DNA from: a virus
Reading direction: 5' to 3' (one strand)
DNA: 64,000 bases
Virus record (IMG/VR): IMGVR_UViG_3300042564_004221
Location: 1-64,000 of that record
Shown here: positions 57,460 to 64,000 of the stretch, piece by piece
How positions within the stretch are numbered: the stretch's first letter is position 1
Layout: each line of letters starts with the position of its first letter
Position numbers and translations under genes: made by a program
Notes under the pieces: model-generated
The model's database searches: none
Seen by the model: only the letters and a program-made list of their open reading frames with translations
What the model was told of the DNA's origin: nothing

Positions 57460-57909
57460 TTAGTTCAACTCAAATCCCAAATATTCAAAACTTAATTCTT
57501 CCTCGGAAAAAATGTCAGTTAAATCTCTCAAAACATCTTTCAAAAATGGTCGTACATCAACGGTATAACGAACTTTGGGTGGATATAATTTTCCATCAAA
57601 ATATCTATGACAAATTGTCTGCTCTCCAATTCTGATGTGAATATTGAAGTGTTCGCTACCTTCAGTGAATGATGTCTCCATTAGGGTTGGGTCGTTCATA
57701 ATCGCGTCTTGGTTATCTGACATATAGATAACGGTTTTCATCTTAAGATGATGTTGGAGTTGCTCCTTTAGTTGTTTAATGTAGTAGTACAACTCTAACG
57801 AGTTTTTTGCGTTTGGGTTGAATCCTCTAACATTAAAAAACCTTTGAACTACGATGTTGTCATTCAACGTAAGTAAGAATTCCATTTTGGTACTGTCTTG
57901 CTCTCTCAT
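57460..57909 (-). CDS. Hypothetical phage protein
   Basis: Start placed at MREQDSTK (57909), 2 nt after the upstream stop. The track's extension to 57981 overlaps the upstream gene. Confidence 0.7.
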   Translation of the reverse strand: MREQDSTKMEFLLTLNDNIVVQRFFNVRGFNPNAKNSLELYYYIKQLKEQLQHHLKMKTVIYMSDNQDAIMNDPTLMETSFTEGSEHFNIHIRIGEQTICHRYFDGKLYPPKVRYTVDVRPFLKDVLRDLTDIFSEEELSFEYLGFELN

Positions 57910-57911
57910 AT

Positions 57912-58910
57912 TTATTTTTTGTTTGTATTTCTTTTTTCTTTTCTTGTTAATTTTAGGAATGGTGTTAGGAAACTTACCCAAGCATCATCGTTCTTGGGTA
58001 GATACTTAAAGAGACCATCCTCCATCATCATTCTCATTAAGTTTTTGTAACCCCTATCGGTGGGGTCTATTGTATCGTTTAATATCTGTGTTACTAACTC
58101 TTTTCCTTCTTCGGTTATTAACGGATTAGATAGGTCAACAATCTTCTTATTTGTACTATAGAACTCTTCACCAAGTATAGACAATTTCGTCTTACCTGTC
58201 AAAATATTATTTAAAACTTTAATAGGTTTTTTTTGTGGAATTTTTCCTGCGATATCCAATAATTCTTCGATAGTGCAAGGTTTCTCCTGAACTTGGGGGA
58301 AATATTTAACCAATGTTTTTTCACCAAGTCCCTCAATACCAATAATATTATCTCCTTTATCACCTGTGAATACCTTTGTTAATAACACATTGTAATGTGG
58401 AATTTTAACTTTGTTAATAACGATGTTATCTCCGTTTTTAAAGTATTCTTTTGTGTTTGGTGCATAGATGGTTACATTATCCGAGATAAGCTGTGTAAGG
58501 TCCTTATCTGCGGAAAATATGATGATTTTTTCATCGACCGCAATCTTGCAATAATGCGCAATCAAATCATCCGCCTCATTATTCGCCATTTCAACTTGAC
58601 GAACAAATATTTCTTCCAAATATTGTTTAACTCTTGATTGTTGATACAAATATGATTCATACTTGTATTCGTTCATATCCAATGTTCGGTTTGCCTTATA
58701 CTGTGGATATAAACTTTTTCTAACGGATGAATTAGAATCACCGTCCCAAAATACCACTACCTTATCGTGGTTGTGTTCTTCAAGGAATTTGCGGAGTATA
58801 TTCACAAAGTGAAATACTCCACCCACATGAGCTCCGTCGTTATACACGTCTTTGGCTCCGTGGAATCCTATCTTGAATAAGTTGTTTCCGTCAACTAATA
58901 ATGTTTTAAT
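57912..58910 (-). CDS. 5'-3' exonuclease / flap endonuclease (T4 RNase H / PolI N-domain-like)
   Basis: LLVDGNNL (upstream of the track start at 58847), VVFWDG, YPQYKANR, EADDLIA, SADKDL.QL and GDKGDNI.GI.GLGEKT. The probable start is ATT at 58910. Confidence 0.85.
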   Translation of the reverse strand: MKTLLVDGNNLFKIGFHGAKDVYNDGAHVGGVFHFVNILRKFLEEHNHDKVVVFWDGDSNSSVRKSLYPQYKANRTLDMNEYKYESYLYQQSRVKQYLEEIFVRQVEMANNEADDLIAHYCKIAVDEKIIIFSADKDLTQLISDNVTIYAPNTKEYFKNGDNIVINKVKIPHYNVLLTKVFTGDKGDNIIGIEGLGEKTLVKYFPQVQEKPCTIEELLDIAGKIPQKKPIKVLNNILTGKTKLSILGEEFYSTNKKIVDLSNPLITEEGKELVTQILNDTIDPTDRGYKNLMRMMMEDGLFKYLPKNDDAWVSFLTPFLKLTRKEKRNTNKK

Positions 58911-58940
58911 GTCTCTTGTGTTTTATAGTGTGAATACTTC

Positions 58941-59945
58941 TCAATCCTCTTTCTCTTCTTTCAATTCAAAATCTAAAGATGCAATACCAAGAATATCTTT
59001 CCAATAGTCAGCATGTTCTTTTTTATAAGCCTCAATAGATATCTTTTCTTCTGCAGCTTCTTTACCCGCCAAGAACCCGTGTGGTGTTACAATTATCTTA
59101 CCATCTTCATAACCCAATCCATTAATGTGATTCTTCATCACAGAAATTTTAGTTCTAATTGCAAATTTAACACTTCTTTTGTCTTTTGTTGCAGTAATTT
59201 TGTTAGTTCCTGCACCTTTTTGGTTACCGAATAAGAATACCAAAGATGAGTTTAACCAAATTGCCTCACCACCTTTAGCTTTAATCTTAGGTTGTCCAAA
59301 TGGATTATCAGGTAATTCAACCCAAGGTTGGTTGACAATAACCAAAGTGTTTTCGTATTTTGAATCTGATTTACGAGAACCTGAAATACGTTGGTTGATA
59401 CCCATACCAATTTTGTCTGCCAATACAGATGCGTTGTGTTGCTTTCCACCTTTACCATCAAATGTCATCTTACAAGGAACTGAACCAACAGAATCCCATA
59501 AGAACAATAAACTATAATCCAACTCACCTTTTTCTTGCGCATCTAACAAACTATTAATATAGTCGGTGATTTGCTCAATATAATTGAAGTTGTTATTAAA
59601 GATGTAGAATCCGTCCCAATCAACTTCTCCTGTTGCTTCATCAACAACTTCTTCACAGTCAAAACCCATAAGTTTTGCGTGTTCAAAAGACCATTTTTGT
59701 TCAGTAATAATGAACACAGGTAGAATACCTTTCTTTTGAGCATCAACCGCAGATTTAACCAATGCGGTAGTTTTTCCTGTATCTGAGTGACCCAAGAACA
59801 TATTTAAATGTCCAATCGCAGGACCAGGTACTCCAACCGCATCTAAGAAATCAGGACCTAAGTCAAAAAATCTTTGGGGTTTGTATTTTGCTGAGGTAGA
59901 GAATTTTTTCTTTACCAAGCTGAAATCATTTTTTTTAATTGCCAT
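58941..59945 (-). CDS. recA: RecA/UvsX-like recombinase
   Basis: Walker A GHSDTGKT, WDSVGS, VIVNQ, KGGEA and KNHI. Confidence 0.85.
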   Translation of the reverse strand: MAIKKNDFSLVKKKFSTSAKYKPQRFFDLGPDFLDAVGVPGPAIGHLNMFLGHSDTGKTTALVKSAVDAQKKGILPVFIITEQKWSFEHAKLMGFDCEEVVDEATGEVDWDGFYIFNNNFNYIEQITDYINSLLDAQEKGELDYSLLFLWDSVGSVPCKMTFDGKGGKQHNASVLADKIGMGINQRISGSRKSDSKYENTLVIVNQPWVELPDNPFGQPKIKAKGGEAIWLNSSLVFLFGNQKGAGTNKITATKDKRSVKFAIRTKISVMKNHINGLGYEDGKIIVTPHGFLAGKEAAEEKISIEAYKKEHADYWKDILGIASLDFELKEEKED

Positions 59946-59959
59946 ATTTTTTTTTAGTT

Positions 59960-60004
59960 AAAAAGAAAAAGCTTGGACACTTTACCTAAGTGAATGTCCA
60001 AGCT
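59960..60004 (-). terminator. Rho-independent terminator between ssb and recA
   Basis: Stem AGCTTGGACA (59970-59979) / TGTCCAAGCT (59995-60004) followed by TTTTCTTTTT on the minus strand. Confidence 0.7.
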
Positions 60005-60014
60005 CATTATATAA

Positions 60015-60875
60015 TTAGAACGGTAAGTCAGAGTCAACTTCATCATTTGCCTGAGAGTCAACAATATCTATTTTAGTTTCAGATTTTTTAGACCCACCCA
60101 TTGAAGTTGTTGATTCAGTGTCATTACCATATACATAACCACCCTTATCATTATCCCATTTTGGAGTTTCTCCACGAGCGATAGCCTCAAGATAATCAAC
60201 AGGTTTTTTAGAATAAACATCTAACCAAGTTAATTCATCTTCAACCCAAGCTTTAGACTGAGCAGCTTCTGCGTGTACAGGACCTTGGTCTTCATACATA
60301 ATTGTAGACACACTTGTGTAATCTTTACCTGCGTTTGTTTTAGATTTTGTTAACTCAATGATTAAGTCACGTCCTTTTTCAGGGTCGGTAACATCACCTT
60401 TGTTTCTCCAAATTGGAATGATTTTATCTAAGATACCATCATTCTTATAATTGTGTTTGAATCTCCAAAACTTCGGACCATCTTCTTCGTGGTCTCTGTC
60501 AATAACCTTAACAATATAAAACTTACGAGATTTATATTGTTTAGCCAATTCTTTGTCTGACTCTTTGCCAGTTGACATCAATTCTTCATAAACCTCATTT
60601 AATGGAGAACGCTCGTTGTCATTCTTTGCTGGGTCATAGAATTTTTGCCATTGTCCACCTACTTGAATTTCGTGGTACCATGCTTCTTTAAATGGTGAAG
60701 AACCATCTTGTGTTGGTAGGATACGTATTTTACGTTGTCCTGATTTCTCTTTGTCTCCAAGGATACAAGCGAAATACTTTTTCATTCTTTCGTCTTGCGA
60801 CATTTTGCTTTGGGCCCCGCCCCCTTGTTGTGCTTTTTCGTACTGTGCCAATACGGCGTCTAATGAACTCATCAT
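60015..60875 (-). CDS. Single-stranded DNA-binding protein (T4 gp32-like)
   Basis: IRILP....SPF....H, FYIVKVIDR, D.TDPEKGRDL and acidic C-terminal DSDLPF. Confidence 0.8.
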   Translation of the reverse strand: MMSSLDAVLAQYEKAQQGGGAQSKMSQDERMKKYFACILGDKEKSGQRKIRILPTQDGSSPFKEAWYHEIQVGGQWQKFYDPAKNDNERSPLNEVYEELMSTGKESDKELAKQYKSRKFYIVKVIDRDHEEDGPKFWRFKHNYKNDGILDKIIPIWRNKGDVTDPEKGRDLIIELTKSKTNAGKDYTSVSTIMYEDQGPVHAEAAQSKAWVEDELTWLDVYSKKPVDYLEAIARGETPKWDNDKGGYVYGNDTESTTSMGGSKKSETKIDIVDSQANDEVDSDLPF

Positions 60876-60912
60876 ATTTTATTTAAATTTTAATTTGTTG
60901 GTTTGTTGTATA

Positions 60913-60941
60913 ATTATAATCTAGTTTTGGGTGTTTGTCAA
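60913..60941 (-). promoter_or_regulatory. Perfect sigma70-type promoter TTGACA-N17-TATAAT upstream of ssb
   Basis: TTGACA at 60941-60936, 17-nt spacer, TATAAT at 60918-60913. Confidence 0.65.
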
Positions 60942-60942
60942 A

Positions 60943-60969
60943 TAAAAAAACCACCTTTTTAGGGTGGTT
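60943..60969 (-). terminator. Rho-independent terminator upstream of the ssb promoter
   Basis: Minus strand reads AACCACCC-TAAAA-AGGTGGTT followed by a T run. Confidence 0.72.
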
Positions 60970-60991
60970 CTTATTAATATGTTAAATAATA

Positions 60992-61654
60992 TTATTTATA
61001 TCTTAACTCATCTTTTTGTCCACTTCCTTGGAAGGAGCCCTTGATATCGTTAACATTTATGTCAGTCACATCCTGTGGAGTTAAAACATAATCATTTTTT
61101 CCCGTCTTTTCCATCTCATCTTTTTTATCATCAAAAAATTGTGATAATTTTTGATTAAATGGATATGAATCATAGCTTCTTAACTCTAATTTTTCTTGAG
61201 GTGTTTTCTCTCTATACTTTTCAATCTTGTTTTCAAGAGCGTTAAGTTTGTTCATAATAGCATCCATCTCACCTAATCTTGATTCCAATTTAGTCAATTG
61301 TCCAAATAAGTTATCAAAATAATCATCTTGTTTTTTCTCAATATTTTTTTGAGAATCTACCAATTCAGTAATGTCTAATTCTTCAGAACCACTTTCAGTA
61401 CCACCTTCTTCAGATTTTCCGTCATCATCAATCTTTTCAACATCAGGGTCATTATCAACATCTATTGGTGTTGGTGCTCCGCCTGGTGCTGGAGGTGGTG
61501 GTGGGGTTGCTAATGCATCTGCAGGGGGTGGCGGGGGTGCTGCTCCTTCTTCAGGGGCCAACGCAGCCAAGTCATCACCAGCCTGTTCTCTGATATAATT
61601 ATTGATACTTTTGTATCTTTGAATTTCACTTAATATTTTTTTATCTAAACTCAT
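60992..61654 (-). CDS. Acidic Pro-rich coiled-coil protein (possible head-associated or scaffold-like protein)
   Basis: 220 aa with poly-Pro tracts, an acidic linker and a coiled coil. Confidence 0.65.
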   Translation of the reverse strand: MSLDKKILSEIQRYKSINNYIREQAGDDLAALAPEEGAAPPPPPADALATPPPPPAPGGAPTPIDVDNDPDVEKIDDDGKSEEGGTESGSEELDITELVDSQKNIEKKQDDYFDNLFGQLTKLESRLGEMDAIMNKLNALENKIEKYREKTPQEKLELRSYDSYPFNQKLSQFFDDKKDEMEKTGKNDYVLTPQDVTDINVNDIKGSFQGSGQKDELRYK

Positions 61655-61658
61655 TGTA

Positions 61659-61883
61659 TTATCCGTTTAATAATTGTTTAATTCCTCTAGATGTTTCTAC
61701 TCTAACTTTTCTATTGGCAGTTGTTTGTTGACCAGCTCTTTCGATAAGACCGTCTCTTTCTCTTACAGTATAACAATCTCCAGTATCTAAATCACAAACT
61801 TGTTTAGTTCCGTCTCCGTTGTCTTCTTCTGAAAATCTAACTGATTTTCCAAGATAGTTATCTAATGTTGTTTTTAAGCTCAT
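61659..61883 (-). CDS. Small hypothetical protein
   Basis: 74-aa ORF with a CDLDTGDC motif and upstream TATTTATA. Confidence 0.65.
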   Translation of the reverse strand: MSLKTTLDNYLGKSVRFSEEDNGDGTKQVCDLDTGDCYTVRERDGLIERAGQQTTANRKVRVETSRGIKQLLNG

Positions 61884-61896
61884 AAAAATCTTTTTA

Positions 61897-61904
61897 TATA
61901 AATA
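61897..61904 (-). promoter_or_regulatory. Putative phage late-promoter motif TATTTATA
   Basis: 13 nt upstream of the ATG at 61883. Confidence 0.55.
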
Positions 61905-61939
61905 TACGATTTAAGTGAATGTTATTCCTAATTACTAAA

Positions 61940-64000
61940 TTATATAAATTTAAAATTAAAAGTTTGTGGTACGTTTTGCGGGTTTAAAGTTTTATTTGTA
62001 GGAACTGCGGTAACTATAAATTGAATATCGACCGTTTGACCATCTTTAAGAAAATTGGTTTTAAATTCAGGAACTGGATTATTAATTAATATATCGGCAA
62101 CATCGTTACGGGTTATTGTGAATACGTTACCAGAAACATAATTTGAGATTACTAACGGTACACTTCTATTTATTGTTTCTCTTCTAACATTATTTACAAT
62201 AGAAGTATCAAAAACCGCAACAATCATATCAACATTTTGTTCTAATGTCCAAGTATTAAGTGCAGCCGCTTGAGGATTCACACTAACAGTTAATTTACCA
62301 GTTAAATCTCTTATTAATATTTCTGTTTCTCCTATTAACGTAACAGGTCCTGTTTGTTGTGGTTGAGTATTTGTGTTTTTTGAGTTTTTTGGTACAGGTG
62401 TTACTTGTGCTGGGTCATAGGTGAAAAGGGTCACACTTCTTCCAATTCCATTTACTCCACTAACAATTATAAGATTTTTTTGAGCATTAGTTAATCCATT
62501 ATTAGTATATGGAACAACGACATTTAAGTTAGTTGAACTATTAACAGTTATGCCAGTAGTTGTCAATACGTTATTAATTGTAATTCCTGTGATATTTTCA
62601 AAATCCACACCCGTTATTGTTAATATTGTACCACTCACACCTGTTAATGGTGATATGGTTAATATCCTTGGAGGTAAACAATTTGATGATTGATTAACCG
62701 TATTTAATTGTTGTTGAATTGTTTGACTATTTCTCGTAGTTTGAGTTTTTAATTGCCCTGCAGAATCTACGTTTAACCCCGCATCTCCCGCAGACTTAAA
62801 TCCTTTATCAAACGTTGATTGTAATTTAGTATATTCACTAATGTGTGAGTCAAAATAATCTTCACTAACATTAGAAACAGGCCAATAACACACATAATAT
62901 TTAGTAAGGCCTAATCCTGTTGTCGTATTATATACTCTATCAACATTTGAAGATAATTTTGAAATCATAAAATCAAAGAATTTTCCTATGTTATCAAAAT
63001 TGGCAACAGGTTGTGATGTAGGTTTATCAGTTGAATTTGATATATTTACACAAGAGTATTTTTTATTACTAAAATAATTACTATTTGTCCCATAATCTGT
63101 GGTTAGTGTTATATTCGCGTAGTTATTGTTATAACCATAGAATTTACCAGTATTAAATGTCTTAGCGTAACATATTAAATAAATAAGAACTTGTAATTGT
63201 GGATTAAGTGTTTTCTTTTGAAGTTCAGTAACAAATTCAGTTTGATTTATACTTGTCGTTACCGATGATTGAGCATCTCCCCAAGTTTCATAAGCAACCG
63301 CTAAATTACTACTACAAGAATTTTGTGCGGCTGCGGTACTATCACCAACCTGACTAACGTATTTAGATTTATTAACATTAGTAATTGCCTTGGCAGTTAC
63401 AGAATCTTTTCTATTTTTAATAATTGCCTCTACTTTAGTTAATAAATTTTGATTTATACTTTGTAAAAAACTATCAATTGATGGTAAGTTATAAATACCT
63501 TGTCTAACACCACCAAATGTTGTTTGGAATGAACCAGGAGTAATGACATGACTAACATCAGTAATAAAATAAGGCCCATTAAACATCGGAACGTGTCTAA
63601 GATTAAAATACATTGTTGGCTGTAATAAAGCATTACCCAAACAACTAACTTGACAAGTATAACTTCTTTGTTTGTATAAATTATATAAACTTACGTTTTG
63701 AGTTGCAACATTTCTACCGTTAGCTTGGTCAACCATATTTAATTGTGTCTGAATTGTCTCTGAAGTAGCCTTACCACTTTCCATTCCAACTTGGAATGAA
63801 TAGAACACTCCTTGGTTTCTATTTCCAATATCAACATTAAAACCAACACATTTATTTGAAACCGCCCAATCTTTTTTAGTCGTTTGGTCTTCAATTAATG
63901 GGTTATCAGACGCTCTTCTTAATTCAAATGCATCATCTCTAAATCTTGAATTTCCTTTTGGTAAATCTAAATGTGTGGATGGTTGTCCCACATAAAAACA
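61940..64000 (-). CDS. C-terminal part of a large tail/baseplate-hub-like protein with an IPT/TIG domain (start lies beyond the window)
   Basis: The frame stays open to the window edge. LGNA..QP..YF.L......G.YFITDVSH.I....FQT.F.G.R is hub-like, and P.I..ISP..G..GT..TITG..F is an IPT motif. Confidence 0.65.
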   Translation of the reverse strand, partial: CFYVGQPSTHLDLPKGNSRFRDDAFELRRASDNPLIEDQTTKKDWAVSNKCVGFNVDIGNRNQGVFYSFQVGMESGKATSETIQTQLNMVDQANGRNVATQNVSLYNLYKQRSYTCQVSCLGNALLQPTMYFNLRHVPMFNGPYFITDVSHVITPGSFQTTFGGVRQGIYNLPSIDSFLQSINQNLLTKVEAIIKNRKDSVTAKAITNVNKSKYVSQVGDSTAAAQNSCSSNLAVAYETWGDAQSSVTTSINQTEFVTELQKKTLNPQLQVLIYLICYAKTFNTGKFYGYNNNYANITLTTDYGTNSNYFSNKKYSCVNISNSTDKPTSQPVANFDNIGKFFDFMISKLSSNVDRVYNTTTGLGLTKYYVCYWPVSNVSEDYFDSHISEYTKLQSTFDKGFKSAGDAGLNVDSAGQLKTQTTRNSQTIQQQLNTVNQSSNCLPPRILTISPLTGVSGTILTITGVDFENITGITINNVLTTTGITVNSSTNLNVVVPYTNNGLTNAQKNLIIVSGVNGIGRSVTLFTYDPAQVTPVPKNSKNTNTQPQQTGPVTLIGETEILIRDLTGKLTVSVNPQAAALNTWTLEQNVDMIVAVFDTSIVNNVRRETINRSVPLVISNYVSGNVFTITRNDVADILINNPVPEFKTNFLKDGQTVDIQFIVTAVPTNKTLNPQNVPQTFNFKFI

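Noticed and set aside
54152-59945. Inteins or introns in nrdJ, helicase or recA
   Set aside because: Protein lengths are normal, motifs are contiguous, and no intein or homing-endonuclease signatures are visible.
568-61598. Numerous short ORFs antisense to or nested in the called genes (e.g. 568..1224, 10596..10865, 59179..59517, 61371..61598)
   Set aside because: They overlap well-supported genes, mirror their composition and have no recognisable motifs.
1-64000. Stop-codon reassignment as in some large phages
   Set aside because: Genes are full length and tightly packed under the standard code, and TAA, TAG and TGA all end genes at sensible positions.

Overview
This 64 kb window looks like part of a large, AT-rich myovirus-like (T4/jumbo-type) dsDNA phage, probably infecting Bacteroidota. 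The host inference rests on TAnnTTTG promoters, no obvious Shine-Dalgarno sites and SprB-like repeats. Nearly all genes are on the minus strand. Replication and recombination genes sit at both ends: SbcD-like nuclease, PD-(D/E)XK exonuclease, primase and RuvC-like resolvase on the left; class II RNR, DnaB-like helicase, 5'-3' exonuclease, RecA and SSB on the right. Between them is a baseplate/tail module (gp25-like, gp6-like and several large structural proteins). Inside that module, two clusters of Cys-rich, Pro/Thr-repeat, SprB-like proteins enclose an 11-gene glycan-modification island and a 3744-aa protein of about 1000 Pro-free Gly-X-Y triplets (mostly G-S-S and G-T-S). The island ends in two Aah/TibC-family protein O-glycosyltransferases that abut the giant Ser-rich gene with zero gap. 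The best candidate for an undescribed system is a phage-encoded pathway that glycosylates a very long Gly-Ser virion fibre and mucin-like virion proteins. All family calls come from motif recognition by eye; no database searches were run. No rRNA, tRNA, CRISPR array or IS element was seen.
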